Assembly (NCBI GenBank): GCA_045597505.1
Contig: JAZLKE010000015.1
Location: forward strand, 1-55,074
DNA: 55,074 nt
Origin: Clostridia bacterium
GTDB lineage: Bacteria > Bacillota > Clostridia > Christensenellales > UBA1242
Direction: 5' to 3'
In this document: piece after piece, positions 1 to 10,044 of the stretch
Numbering within the stretch: the stretch's first letter is position 1
How the letters are laid out: every line of letters starts with the position of its first letter
Made by a program: the position numbers and the translations under genes
Notes under the pieces: generated by a model
The model's database searches: none
What the model was told of the DNA's origin: nothing
What the model saw: only the letters and a program-made list of their open reading frames with translations

Positions 1-579
1 ATATTCATTCATAGCATCATCAAAGAAACCGTCATTGGTTTGGCGACCTATAGCTTTACGGTTACCCGTTGCAGCCATAGACTTGAAGACCATACCAGTA
101 ACCGAAGCACTACCAGTACCAGTAGCCGCATCCAAAGCACGGAACATAACGCCGGACGCATACAAACCAACCACGACCGCGGCGTTAACAAAGAAGAACA
201 TTAACAAACCTTTGAAAGTACGGATAATAATTTTATACGGATTGCCACCGTCTTTTTCTTTGTAATGATCTTGAATGATTTTAACAATGGTAAAGAAAAT
301 GATTAGTGCGGTCGCTAAAGCAATCATGTTCTGGAAAATTTGGTCGACCTTGGGGTTTTGCACAATATCACTAACTAAGTCACCTGATTGGGAATCAAGC
401 CCCGCCAGTTTACGGAAAACTTTTTCAACGGCATCGACGATGCCACCCAGCAGTTTCCAAATTAAGTAAAAGATTGAACACAGGAAGCTGACCATGGCAT
501 AAAGCCCGTGTTGAAGTCCGGCAACAATATTATCGCCGATTGTTCCAAGTAACCCAAGTAATGAATTTCCCCAATACAT
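1..579 (-). CDS. Multi-pass membrane protein, N-terminal 193 aa only (runs off window); resembles VirB6/TrbL-like or Mbov_0396-type ICE membrane proteins
   Basis: Open frame read manually from ATG at 579: MYWGNSLLGLLGTIGDNIVAGLQHGLYAMVSFLCSIFYLIWKLLGG...IFFTIVKIIQDHYKEKDGGNPYKIIIRTFKGLLMFFF; several hydrophobic segments; absent from the ORF track because it has no stop in the window. The family call is tentative. Confidence 0.55.
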   Translation of the reverse strand, partial: MYWGNSLLGLLGTIGDNIVAGLQHGLYAMVSFLCSIFYLIWKLLGGIVDAVEKVFRKLAGLDSQSGDLVSDIVQNPKVDQIFQNMIALATALIIFFTIVKIIQDHYKEKDGGNPYKIIIRTFKGLLMFFFVNAAVVVGLYASGVMFRALDAATGTGSASVTGMVFKSMAATGNRKAIGRQTNDGFFDDAMNEY

Positions 580-631
580 ACTTTATATGGTAAATCATAA
601 ATGCGAAAAATGACAAATGATTTTTCAGGGA

Positions 632-1549
632 TTAAACATTAAATTTGAAATGGATAATATCGCCGTCTTGGACAATATAGTCGCGACCTTCTTGGCGTAC
701 GCGCCCATTTTCACGCGCGGTCAATAAATCACCATATTTAACAAAATCATCATAAGAAACAACTTCAGCTTTGATGAAGCCACGCATAAAATCCGTATGA
801 ATTTTACCCGCCGCAATCAACGCGGTGTCGCCTTTTTTGATGGTCCAAGCGCGGACTTCGGGCTCACCCGCCGTTAAATAAGAAATTAACCCCAATAAAC
901 CATACCCCGCCACAACCAAACGATCCAAACCGCTTTGTTTAAGTCCGTACATTTGCATAAATTCGGCACGTTCAGCATCATCTTGCAAAGCCGCCAATTC
1001 GTTTTCAACTTGGGCACAGATACCAATCACTTGGGCGTGGTCGGCCGCCGCGATTCCCTTGATTTTTTGGTAATGTGGATTATTGGCACCGTCATCAGCA
1101 ATATCACTTTCATTATAATTGGCAACATAAATCACTGGTTTATCAATGCCAGCATATTGTAATTCCAATTTAATAGTATCAATATCACTTTCCGGGTTGG
1201 CTTTACCGTCTACGTGTGTAACATTTGGGTCATCAAACGCACGTACTACATGCACGATGGCGTCGACTTCGCGAATATGGGACAAAAACTTATTACCCAG
1301 ACCTTCACCTTGGGACGCACCTTTAACCAAACCCGCAATATCCACAAATTTTACGGTCGAATGAATGACAGATTTCGCGTGATAATGTTCCGCCAAAAAA
1401 TCAACGCGCGGATCAGGCACGGGGACAATGCCAATATTCGGCTCAATCGTACAGAACGGATAGTTCGCAACTTCGGCACCCGCACGCGTAATTGCATTAA
1501 ATAAAGTACTTTTTCCAACATTGGGTAAACCCACAATTCCTATTTTCAT
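632..1549 (-). CDS. ychF: Redox-regulated ATPase YchF (Obg family), internally shortened
   Basis: [44 protein letters not shown]-terminal TGS domain; SD AAGGAG upstream. Confidence 0.97.
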   Translation of the reverse strand: MKIGIVGLPNVGKSTLFNAITRAGAEVANYPFCTIEPNIGIVPVPDPRVDFLAEHYHAKSVIHSTVKFVDIAGLVKGASQGEGLGNKFLSHIREVDAIVHVVRAFDDPNVTHVDGKANPESDIDTIKLELQYAGIDKPVIYVANYNESDIADDGANNPHYQKIKGIAAADHAQVIGICAQVENELAALQDDAERAEFMQMYGLKQSGLDRLVVAGYGLLGLISYLTAGEPEVRAWTIKKGDTALIAAGKIHTDFMRGFIKAEVVSYDDFVKYGDLLTARENGRVRQEGRDYIVQDGDIIHFKFNV

Positions 1550-1563
1550 GTTTTTCTCCTTTG

Positions 1564-2286
1564 TTAATCTCGGTCATGACCGAAAAATATCATAAAATAT
1601 GACAAGTAGCGCAAGAAATAAATCACAGATAAGGCAAACGCCACAACATAAGTATTGGCTGCCGCGCGCAAAACTTGGTCAACACCTTGGCGTTCCGTGT
1701 TGGTTTCTACTATATTCAGACTGTCCAACAATTTTTTACCACGGCGGGACGCATCAAATTCGGTCGGCAAAGTAATTAAACTGACCAACGCACTTAAACC
1801 ATAAACCACACAGAAGCCAATCAACATCCATTCAAAAACCACGTCCAAAACAATAAAAAGCGAAGCAATCACGGAAATGATAATCAATGGTGTCAATAAA
1901 CGGCTGGTAAAATTGCTTAAACGAATGACAAAATTACGTAAACGTAATGGTGCGTAGTTTTCGGCATCTTGTAACGCATGTCCACATTCATGTGCCGCAA
2001 TTGCCAAAGCAGAGACCGAATCGCTGTCGATGACTTTGTGGCTCAGGCGCACCACTTTCGCGGTCGGGTCGTAATGGTCACCTTGGTCAGTGGCTTCCAC
2101 ACGGATATTCAGTTGATTTTCCGTAGCAATTTTTTTGACTAAATCACGCGCAGTAAGATTGCCCGTAGCCTTAATTTGATGATAATGGTCAATGGTAACA
2201 GTAACACGAATGGAAGCAATTATTGCCCAAATCAACACAGGCAAAAACAAAGCACCTGAAATAATGTAAACTAATTCCCAAGTCAT
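1564..2286 (-). CDS. Membrane zinc metallopeptidase (YugP/Zn_peptidase_2 family)
   Basis: DHYDP, AIAAHECGHALQ, TLPTEFDASRR motifs; TM segments. Confidence 0.9.
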   Translation of the reverse strand: MTWELVYIISGALFLPVLIWAIIASIRVTVTIDHYHQIKATGNLTARDLVKKIATENQLNIRVEATDQGDHYDPTAKVVRLSHKVIDSDSVSALAIAAHECGHALQDAENYAPLRLRNFVIRLSNFTSRLLTPLIIISVIASLFIVLDVVFEWMLIGFCVVYGLSALVSLITLPTEFDASRRGKKLLDSLNIVETNTERQGVDQVLRAAANTYVVAFALSVIYFLRYLSYFMIFFGHDRD

Positions 2287-2302
2287 ATTCCAATATTATG
2301 AC

Positions 2303-2872
2303 TTATTTTACCATTTGCAACAACATTTTTTTCAAAGCGGTTAAGTCTTTCACGTGAATAATTTCGGCTCCGTTAACGACGTCTGGGTTATTGTCGCGGT
2401 TACGGAAATAGGTATCCACAGTATCAAATATTTCGCCCGCACCTTTGAATTCGTCGACAATAATTATTTTCTTTTTAGCAAAGAACGAAAACAATAGTTC
2501 ACTGAAAGTACCCCAGCTGCCACCCATGGCAATAACCACATCACTGTACGGGGTCATGTCCATACTGCGTTTTAAGAAATTTTCACTCTTGGTTGGCAAA
2601 ATGTTTTCGTTAAAAACCAAATCCGAAACTCCGTCGGTTACAAATTGGTATTTTCCCAAATGTTCTTGCAAATCTTCCGCAGGCGTGTAACCAATAACTT
2701 TACCGCCAGCTTGTACCGCACCGCGACCTACAAAATATGGATAGCCCATGCAAGCACCAGTTAAAATTTCAAATTTATTTTCCGCCAAGAATTTTCCCAA
2801 GTCCGCGCAAGCTTTGATTTCTTGTTCGGAATAAAATTTATTGTTAGTTCCACCGTAAACGGTAATTTTCAT
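2303..2872 (-). CDS. LOG/SLOG-family nucleotide-binding protein
   Basis: KITVYGG...LGKFLAE...TGACMG, GGSWGTFSEL Rossmann-like LOG motifs. Confidence 0.8.
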   Translation of the reverse strand: MKITVYGGTNNKFYSEQEIKACADLGKFLAENKFEILTGACMGYPYFVGRGAVQAGGKVIGYTPAEDLQEHLGKYQFVTDGVSDLVFNENILPTKSENFLKRSMDMTPYSDVVIAMGGSWGTFSELLFSFFAKKKIIIVDEFKGAGEIFDTVDTYFRNRDNNPDVVNGAEIIHVKDLTALKKMLLQMVK

Positions 2873-2873
2873 G

Positions 2874-4436
2874 TTAGAATCCCTCCTTCAAACTAATAGT
2901 TTTGTTAAAGACCAAACTGTCTTTTTGGTCAAGTACATAATAACCTTTACGCACAAATTGGTATTTTGTTGACACGTCGTTACGGTCTGCCAACCATTTT
3001 TCAATGTAGCCATGACTTTCGTGTAAAGAATCACGATTAATGTTTTCATCATTCAGGTCGGTTCCAACTTTCAACAACGGTTCAAAAGTACGAATGGTAA
3101 CTGGTACTGCGTTACGTGCATCAACATATTGGATAACGCCTTTGGCTTTTTCGTCAGTAATTTCACATTCCAAAGTATCCCCAACTTTACGCAAACATTT
3201 AATTTTGTAAGCACCGCGCAATTGCACCACTCCACCGATGACCAAACGTTTATATTTTGCGGGCGGATTATCACTGTAATCATCACCATCAATCCAAATT
3301 TCATTTGAGAAGGTAATGGGGTGAGTACCCGCCGCTTCATCGTGCGGATTGTTTACAACCTCAAAAGTTTCGGTTTTATCGTAGTTTACGATTTTAACTT
3401 TAATCGGATTTTCAACGGCAGCCACGCGAATGGCTTGTTGGTCTAATTCGGTACGCACGTAATATTCCAAAGCAGACAACGGCACAGTCATCACATTTTT
3501 AGTAATACCAGTCGATTGAACAAAATCCAAAATGGCTTTGGCGGGATAACCGCGACGACGCATACCAGAAATCGTCGGCATACGCGGGTCGTCCCAACCA
3601 CTGACCAACCCCTCATCGACAAAACGTTTCAGCCAGCGTTTACTCATTACAAAGCGTTCAATGTTCAAACGTGAAAATTCGTATTGTTCAGGTGGAATTT
3701 TGGGTAAGTTCGGCAAAGCATCTTTGCACTGCTCCACGCACCAATGGTACAACGGACGATGGTCTTCAAATTCCAAACTGCACAAACTGTTACTAATGTG
3801 TTCAATGTAATCACTTAAACTGTGCGCGAAATCATACATCGGATAAATCACCCATTGATTACCCGTACGGTAATGTGTTTGACGGGTAATACGATAAATG
3901 ACTGGGTCGCGCATGTTCATGTTTGGCGAAGCCATATCAATCTTAGCACGCAAGACACGACTGCCGTCAGGGAATTCGCCCGCACGCATTCGGGCAAACA
4001 AATCCAAATTTTCTTCGACCGAACGGTTGCGGTACGGACTTTCTTTACCCGGTACCCCGAGTTCACCACGCATAGCCTTGATTTCGTCCATCGAACTGTC
4101 GTCCACATAAGCCAAACCGCGCTTAATTAAATGCACCGCGCAAGTGTATAATTTTTCGTAGTAGTCACTGGCGAAAACAACTTGGTCGTATTTAACACCT
4201 AACCAATCTAAGTCGCGCTTGATACCTTCCACATATTCCATACCCTCTTTCGCGGGGTTAGTATCGTCAAAACGCAAATTGGCTTTACCGTTATACTTGC
4301 AACGCATACTATAAGAAATACTAAACGCTTTCGCATGTCCAATATGTAAATAGCCATTGGGTTCAGGCGGATAACGCAAAATGATATCTTGTCCGCGTTC
4401 TTTGGCTTGCACTAATCCTTCTTCAATAAAGTTCAT
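2874..4436 (-). CDS. glnS: Glutamine--tRNA ligase
   Basis: RYPPEPNGYLHIGHAK (HIGH), LRFDDTNP, MSKR, GWDDPRMPT. Confidence 0.96.
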   Translation of the reverse strand: MNFIEEGLVQAKERGQDIILRYPPEPNGYLHIGHAKAFSISYSMRCKYNGKANLRFDDTNPAKEGMEYVEGIKRDLDWLGVKYDQVVFASDYYEKLYTCAVHLIKRGLAYVDDSSMDEIKAMRGELGVPGKESPYRNRSVEENLDLFARMRAGEFPDGSRVLRAKIDMASPNMNMRDPVIYRITRQTHYRTGNQWVIYPMYDFAHSLSDYIEHISNSLCSLEFEDHRPLYHWCVEQCKDALPNLPKIPPEQYEFSRLNIERFVMSKRWLKRFVDEGLVSGWDDPRMPTISGMRRRGYPAKAILDFVQSTGITKNVMTVPLSALEYYVRTELDQQAIRVAAVENPIKVKIVNYDKTETFEVVNNPHDEAAGTHPITFSNEIWIDGDDYSDNPPAKYKRLVIGGVVQLRGAYKIKCLRKVGDTLECEITDEKAKGVIQYVDARNAVPVTIRTFEPLLKVGTDLNDENINRDSLHESHGYIEKWLADRNDVSTKYQFVRKGYYVLDQKDSLVFNKTISLKEGF

Positions 4437-4499
4437 GTTGCAATTATACTATTTTAATTTTTTGGTGACAACATGAACTTTATGTGGGTGATGAAATAG

Positions 4500-5552
4500 T
4501 TAAATCAAATTGAAAATTGCGTCTTTTAATTGTTCAATGTTAGTTTTCTTAACCGCGGAAATGACCACGGCACCTTCGGGCGCCACGAAGTCGGGCTTTT
4601 TATCAATCTTATTATAAACCAATAATTGCGGAATTTTGTCCGCGCCTAAGTTTTTCAAGACTTGGTTAACCACGGCAATTTGCGTTTCGTGTTCTGGATT
4701 AGAACAGTCGACCACGTGGATTAACAAGTTGGCTTCGCGGGTTTCGTCCAAGGTTGCTTCAAAGGCGTTGATAAATTCGTGCGGTAAGTGGTTAATAAAA
4801 CCAACCGTATCGGTCAAAACAAAACTTTTGCCATTCAAATACATGGAACGCGTGGTGGTATCCAAAGTTGCAAACAGTTCATCTTTCGCGTAAACACCAG
4901 CCTTGGTCAACAAATTAAATAAAGTCGATTTACCACTGTTAGTGTACCCCACTAAACAAACGCGACATTGGTTGTGACGTTGACGTCCCGCGACAATACG
5001 AGCCTTTTTCACTTCGGCAAGTTTGCGTTCCAACGCAGTAATTTCATCATGAATTAAGCGTTTATCCAATTCCAATTTCTTTTCACCGGGACCACGCATG
5101 CCGACACCGTTACGCATCTTGCTCATCAATCCACCACTACCAATTAAGCGTGGTAAATTGTAACGCAACTGTGCCAGTTCAACTTGCAACTTGCCCGCCG
5201 CACTTTGCGCACGCGCCGCAAAAATATCCAAAATAACTTTGCTGCGATCCAAAACTGGAACATTAAGTTCGCGTTCCAAATTGCGCACTTTACTGCCGGA
5301 CAGTTCTACGTCAAAAACCACAACATTAGCTTTGGTCTCTTCAATTAAATTTTTAATTTCCTCAACTTTACCTTTACCGATATAATAGGTTACATCAACA
5401 TCTTTACGGTTCTGAACAATGCGACCTACGGTTTCAATATTACAGGTTTGACACAATAAAGACAGTTCGTCTAAATCTTCCACAGAAAAAATTTGGTTGA
5501 CGCCAACGCCAACCAAAATTGCTTGGTCAGGTAATACCTGATTATTGTGCAT
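4500..5552 (-). CDS. hflX: GTPase HflX
   Basis: [49 protein letters not shown]; likely start ATG 5552 overlapping the rpmF stop. Confidence 0.95.
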   Translation of the reverse strand: MHNNQVLPDQAILVGVGVNQIFSVEDLDELSLLCQTCNIETVGRIVQNRKDVDVTYYIGKGKVEEIKNLIEETKANVVVFDVELSGSKVRNLERELNVPVLDRSKVILDIFAARAQSAAGKLQVELAQLRYNLPRLIGSGGLMSKMRNGVGMRGPGEKKLELDKRLIHDEITALERKLAEVKKARIVAGRQRHNQCRVCLVGYTNSGKSTLFNLLTKAGVYAKDELFATLDTTTRSMYLNGKSFVLTDTVGFINHLPHEFINAFEATLDETREANLLIHVVDCSNPEHETQIAVVNQVLKNLGADKIPQLLVYNKIDKKPDFVAPEGAVVISAVKKTNIEQLKDAIFNLI

Positions 5553-5772
5553 TGCGTTCGGCCGCCGCCTTGGCTTTCTTAGCCTTGACATCGTTTTTGG
5601 TTTCGATGCGTTTAACGCCATCGTAGTAGCCACATTCTGGACATACGACATGTGGGCGAATCATCGCCTTGCATTGTTTACATTCGGTCATCGTCGGAGC
5701 CGTTAATTTACTGTTATTTGAAGTACGGGTATTGCGACGTGCCTTTGATACTTTGTGTTTTGGTACTGCCAT
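5542..5772 (-). CDS. rpmF: 50S ribosomal protein L32 with Lys/Ala C-terminal extension
   Basis: [16 protein letters not shown], CxxC...[10 protein letters not shown] zinc ribbon. Confidence 0.95.
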   Translation of the reverse strand: MAVPKHKVSKARRNTRTSNNSKLTAPTMTECKQCKAMIRPHVVCPECGYYDGVKRIETKNDVKAKKAKAAAERNAQ

Positions 5773-5832
5773 AATGTGCAATTATAACAAAACACTCTTG
5801 ATTTGTAAAGAACTTTCATATATATTACTGAG

Positions 5833-6789
5833 ATGGGATTATTAGCAAGAGCTGAAGAATATTTGCAACACGAAGCAGAAATGAGAATTGCCGCCGAACA
5901 ACGCGCAGCCGAAGAACAAATAGCGTTGGCAGCCGCAATTAAAGCACGCCCGTCAAAAATTGAAATGATGAAAAATACCGCCAGCAAAATTGCGAACGGA
6001 ACCAAAGTTGCAAAGTCCAAATTGACACATGTAGCAACCGATTTTCAAGCCAAATTCCAAACCGTCATTAAAAAGGCTTATCAACCACAACTGCGCCGTT
6101 TGGCAGCAACAGTTTTTGCTCTTGGTTTAAGTTTGCAAACAGTTCAACCAACAATGATGAATAATCACAACATGACATTACAACAGTGGACGAAATTGAA
6201 TATTAGACCAGCGGTTGAACAAACAGTTGAACCACGTTCTGCGCAACCAGACTTCGGTAAATTTGTCGAGATTTTTGGTCAACAATTACATCAACATCAA
6301 TCCAGGTTCAGCAAACAAGACCGCGACGACTTGGCACGCTTATTATACGGCGAAGCAGGTATTGAGCTGTTAGACAACATCGAAGTTTTACATATCATTT
6401 TAAACCGATATGCTTCGCCACTTTTTAAAGGAACCTTGCGTGAACTACTAACCGCCGAAAAACAATTTATTGGCTTTAAATCGAATCACCCAGTTTTACC
6501 CGAATTGCGCTTAATCGTAGACGAAGTAGTGAATGATTTTGAAGCTAATGACTGCAAAGAAATTTGTGACCATTTCTATTTTGTTACACATCAACAAGGT
6601 ATTTGTAACAAATACGAAATCAGTCCCAAAGGTTCACACGGAAAATGGGTCAACACAGCAGCAAAAGTTTATGAAGCACCACATCAAGGCTGTATGCATG
6701 CCATGCATCAAACCACCGAAATCAGTAAAAAACTTAGCCAAATACCAACTCAACGTGTTCGTATTAATGGTAACGCACGTTCTTTATAA
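5833..6789 (+). CDS. Protein with C-terminal cell-wall hydrolase (SleB/Hydrolase_2-like) domain
   Basis: DLARLLYGEAG...VLHIILNRYASPLFKGTLRELLTAEKQF resembles the Hydrolase_2 signature; long low-similarity N-terminus. Confidence 0.65.
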   Translation: MGLLARAEEYLQHEAEMRIAAEQRAAEEQIALAAAIKARPSKIEMMKNTASKIANGTKVAKSKLTHVATDFQAKFQTVIKKAYQPQLRRLAATVFALGLSLQTVQPTMMNNHNMTLQQWTKLNIRPAVEQTVEPRSAQPDFGKFVEIFGQQLHQHQSRFSKQDRDDLARLLYGEAGIELLDNIEVLHIILNRYASPLFKGTLRELLTAEKQFIGFKSNHPVLPELRLIVDEVVNDFEANDCKEICDHFYFVTHQQGICNKYEISPKGSHGKWVNTAAKVYEAPHQGCMHAMHQTTEISKKLSQIPTQRVRINGNARSL

Positions 6790-6791
6790 TT

Positions 6792-7829
6792 TTATTTCTT
6801 TTCGTTTAATAGTTTTTCGCATTCCAACGCAATCATCAATTCTTCGTTGGTTTTGATGATGAGTTTTTGACAGTTTGGCAAGAATTCAAAATGCTTCATC
6901 ACGCGTTCAGAAACGAATTGACGATAAACGCCGATACCACCAGTCCAAACAATCGCGTCACAGCCTTTCATTTCGGCAACATAACCACCGATGTATTGCA
7001 CTAAGCGATGAATGAAAACATCAAGCGCTACTTTTACGCGCGGGTTAGTATTCATAATTGGTTCCAAATCGCGCATATCGGAAGAAATACCAGTCAAACC
7101 TTTCAGACCGCAAGATTTATTCAAATAAGTAATGGCTTCATCAATCGTGAAATTGTGTTTGGCACACAAAATACTTAATGCCGCAGGGTCAATATCGCCC
7201 GAACGGGTTCCCATAACCAAACCAGCCAAAGGCGTCATACCCATACTGGTATCAATACATTTACCATGTTCAACCGCACAAATGCTGGCGCCGTTACCGA
7301 TATGACATGTAATCAATTTCAAATCTTTTAATGGGCGACCAAGTTGTTTGGCTGCTTGGTTCGCAACATATTGATGGCTGGTACCGTGGAAGCCGTATTT
7401 ACGGATACCATATTGTTCGTAATCTTCCATTGGTAAACCATATAAATATGCATCTGGTTCCATCGTACTGTGGAAAGCGGTATCGAAGACCAAAACATTG
7501 GGTAAATCAGGCATTTGGTTCATGCAAGCACGCACCCCTGCCATCGCGGCTGGGTTATGCAACGGTGCCAAAAATTCAATTCGATCCATTTCCGCCAAAA
7601 CTTTATCGTCCACAAAAACACTATGAGTAAACTTTTCGCCACCATGCACAATACGGTGACCAATTGCTTTAATTTCGGAAAGGTCAACCTTGTTCAAAAT
7701 TTCTTGAATCGCACTGGCGTGGTCAGTCACGCGTTGAATGTCGTCATCGACAATTTTTTCTTGCGTAGTCGTTTCTACCACTTGGTATTTGACCGAACTA
7801 CTACCACAATTTAACACTAAAATTTTCAT
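6792..7829 (-). CDS. ackA: Acetate kinase (short, 345 aa)
   Basis: MKILVLNCGSSSVKY, GHRIVHGG, APLHN, FDTAFH, YGFHGTSH, TRSGDIDP, TNEELMIA. Confidence 0.96.
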   Translation of the reverse strand: MKILVLNCGSSSVKYQVVETTTQEKIVDDDIQRVTDHASAIQEILNKVDLSEIKAIGHRIVHGGEKFTHSVFVDDKVLAEMDRIEFLAPLHNPAAMAGVRACMNQMPDLPNVLVFDTAFHSTMEPDAYLYGLPMEDYEQYGIRKYGFHGTSHQYVANQAAKQLGRPLKDLKLITCHIGNGASICAVEHGKCIDTSMGMTPLAGLVMGTRSGDIDPAALSILCAKHNFTIDEAITYLNKSCGLKGLTGISSDMRDLEPIMNTNPRVKVALDVFIHRLVQYIGGYVAEMKGCDAIVWTGGIGVYRQFVSERVMKHFEFLPNCQKLIIKTNEELMIALECEKLLNEKK

Positions 7830-7872
7830 ATAATGATTGTAGCATAAATTTTTTTTGTGGTATAATAAAATA

Positions 7873-9084
7873 ATGAAGATTGCGGTAATTATTGCAGAGT
7901 TCAACCCTTTTCACAAAGGGCATGAATATTTGATTGAACAAACGCGCAAAATTACTGATTGTACGCATATCGTAGTAATTCAAACTGGCAACTTTACACA
8001 ACACGCAGAACCCGCGATTATCGAAAAACATTTACGCGCACAATCCGCCATTATGTGTGGTGTAGACGCTGTCTTGGAGATACCAACTGCCTTTGCAACC
8101 AACAACCCCGAAGTCTTTGCCAAAGCTGGCGTACAAATTGCCAACACAATTCCGCATGCCAATTACTTGGTCTTTGGCGTAGAAGATAATAACTTACAAA
8201 TTTTGAAACAAATTGCTTATGTTAAGTTATTAAAAGCTCATGAATTCGACAAGTACATCAAAATCCATTTGAAAGCCGGGCTTTCCTATAATGCTGCCCA
8301 AGCCGAAGTGATTAAAAAGTTACTCCCCGAAATTCACCCCAATGTGATTACCAAAATTTTGAACGGCGAATACAACAATTTGGCGATTGAATATTTACGC
8401 GAACTTTATCGTTTGCACAGTCAAATTCAACCAGTATCATTGGCGCGTTGCAAAGATGAAGATAAAAGAACGACCACGGCTTTGGCAATCCGTAACGCTT
8501 ATTACGAAACCAAGCCGATTGAACATTACATTCCAGCGCAAATATTACCTTTTACCATGCAAGCAATTGAAAAGCACCCTGTCAAAGACATGTTTGAATC
8601 TACGATTTTGTACGGCGCATTAACCGAACTGGACACCAAGCAAACTTACGAAGCCACGCCCGAAATCGGACGCTTGTTCCATGGTCACCGCCCAGTTACT
8701 TACGACCAATTAACTTCGGAAATGCCTAACCCACATTATTCGGCAGGTCAATTAAAGCGCGTAGCTTTACACGCGACCTTGGGAATTACCAAAAAAGACG
8801 TTCAATACATTTATTCACGCAACCATTTACCCTACGTTAATTTATTGGCAATTCGTAGCGACGCACACGATTTGTTTAATGAACTCAGTTCAATTCGTTC
8901 GACACCTGTCATTTTACACGGCAACCAAAACCGCCCCACCATAGATAAGTATTATTGGCGTATGCGTGAAATTGACCACTGTGCCAACAATCTTTACGAA
9001 ATATCTTGCAAACAAAGATTTTCGCAAAAACCATTATACGTTATTTTGGACAAACACCCCGAACCCGTGGTTAATGAAGAATAA
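7873..9084 (+). CDS. tmcAL: tRNA(Met) cytidine acetate ligase / YlbM-family nucleotidyltransferase
   Basis: IIAEFNPFHKGH (HIGH-like), GNFTQHAEPA, NNLAIEY; divergent from ackA as is usual in Clostridia. Confidence 0.85.
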   Translation: MKIAVIIAEFNPFHKGHEYLIEQTRKITDCTHIVVIQTGNFTQHAEPAIIEKHLRAQSAIMCGVDAVLEIPTAFATNNPEVFAKAGVQIANTIPHANYLVFGVEDNNLQILKQIAYVKLLKAHEFDKYIKIHLKAGLSYNAAQAEVIKKLLPEIHPNVITKILNGEYNNLAIEYLRELYRLHSQIQPVSLARCKDEDKRTTTALAIRNAYYETKPIEHYIPAQILPFTMQAIEKHPVKDMFESTILYGALTELDTKQTYEATPEIGRLFHGHRPVTYDQLTSEMPNPHYSAGQLKRVALHATLGITKKDVQYIYSRNHLPYVNLLAIRSDAHDLFNELSSIRSTPVILHGNQNRPTIDKYYWRMREIDHCANNLYEISCKQRFSQKPLYVILDKHPEPVVNEE

Positions 9085-9111
9085 AAAAGCCCACATCACA
9101 TGGGCTTTTTT
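9083..9111. terminator. Bidirectional intrinsic terminator between tmcAL and the tRNA
   Basis: AAAAAAGCCCA catcaca TGGGCTTTTTT. Confidence 0.85.
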
Positions 9112-9187
9112 GGTGGGAGTTCACGGACTTGAACCGCGGACCGACCGGTTATGAGCCGGTTGCTCTAACCAACTGCGCTAAACTCCC
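9111..9187 (-). tRNA. tRNA with CAT anticodon, most like tRNA-Ile2 (lysidine type)
   Basis: GGGAGTTTAGCGCAGTTGGTTAGAGCAACCGGCTCATAACCGGTCGGTCCGCGGTTCAAGTCCGTGAACTCCCACCA; the CGG-CTCATAA-CCG arm is typical of Firmicute Ile2. Confidence 0.9.
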
Positions 9188-9196
9188 GAACATTAA

Positions 9197-9266
9197 AATT
9201 TAGCAATTTTGACCCCGATTGTCAATGTGATTTGTTTTTGACAAATCAAATCTTATGTTATATACT
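9197..9266. promoter_or_regulatory. Back-to-back sigma-A promoters for the two divergent tRNAs
   Basis: Minus: TTGACA(9225-9220)-17-TAAATT; plus: TTGACA(9238-9243)-17-TATACT. Confidence 0.8.
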
Positions 9267-9279
9267 AAATAATAGTTTT

Positions 9280-9366
9280 GGCCGGGTGGTGAAATTGGCA
9301 GACGCGTCGGACTCAAAATCCGATATCGGCAACGATGTGTGGGTTCAAGTCCCACCCCGGCCACCA
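9280..9366 (+). tRNA. tRNA-Leu(CAA)
   Basis: GGCCGGG/CCCGGCC acceptor, TCGGA-CTCAAAA-TCCGA anticodon arm, long variable arm, GTTCAA, CCA. Confidence 0.95.
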
Positions 9367-9369
9367 AAA

Positions 9370-9399
9370 GAAAACTCCGTCGATTGGCGGAGTTTTTTG
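9370..9399. terminator. Bidirectional intrinsic terminator
   Basis: AAAACTCCGTC gatt GGCGGAGTTTTTT. Confidence 0.8.
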
Positions 9400-9416
9400 T
9401 ATTGGGTGAGTATTTT

Positions 9417-9848
9417 TTATTTAATAGTAATTTGATGGCGCGCTGGTTTGTTTTCTTTCGGAATCATAATGGTCAACACACCATGGTTCAACGAAGCATC
9501 AATTTTGCTTTCGTCAATTTCGCCAACATAGAAACTGCGCGAGCAAGAACTGGACACACGTTCACGGCGCAAGAACTTACCACCCTGTTTGGCAGCCTTA
9601 TTACCCGAAACATTTAAGTAGCCATTTTCGAAACTGATATTCAGGTCACTGCGTTCAAAGCCCGGCACTTCAATTTTGAATTCGTAACCGTTTTCGGTTT
9701 CTTCAATATCCGTGCGCATCATATTTTGCAATTGGTTCATTTCTTTACGGAATGGGCGATCGAAAAAGAATTCGTCCCACAGTGAGTGAAACAAACCATT
9801 GTCATAGTCAGTGTACAAGGACACTTCGCGATCTTTATGATTTCTCAT
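9417..9848 (-). CDS. Small heat-shock protein (Hsp20/alpha-crystallin family)
   Basis: MRTDIEETENGYEFKIEVPGF, RRER...SRSFYVG, ASLNHGVLTIMIPK; SD AAGGAGG before ATG 9848. Confidence 0.92.
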   Translation of the reverse strand: MRNHKDREVSLYTDYDNGLFHSLWDEFFFDRPFRKEMNQLQNMMRTDIEETENGYEFKIEVPGFERSDLNISFENGYLNVSGNKAAKQGGKFLRRERVSSSCSRSFYVGEIDESKIDASLNHGVLTIMIPKENKPARHQITIK

Positions 9849-9942
9849 TTCTTCCTCCTTTTTGTTGTCATGATTTTTCATAATTTTACCATCCTTTATT
9901 TTTTTAGTATTTGGAATAACTATCTTTGTTATTCTTGCTACT

Positions 9943-9985
9943 GTTATATACCTAATTGCTAGCACTGTCAACTGTTTATTGCTAA
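9943..9985 (-). promoter_or_regulatory. Sigma-A promoter of hsp20 overlapped by a CIRCE-like (HrcA) operator
   Basis: Minus TTAGCAATA-N9-CAGTGCTAG (9985-9959) versus consensus TTAGCACTC-N9-GAGTGCTAA; TTGACA(9971-9966)-17-TATAAC. Confidence 0.75.
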
Positions 9986-10044
9986 TTTTTATCAATTTTT
10001 TGGATAATAAAAAAACCCGCGCGGAGCGGGTTTGCAGTTTTGAA

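Noticed and set aside
5553-5651. N-terminal extension of HflX in the ORF track
   Set aside because: Lies inside rpmF in another frame; ATG 5552 gives a normal HflX start. The same applies to the long upstream extensions of hsp20, hydA, ackA and dus
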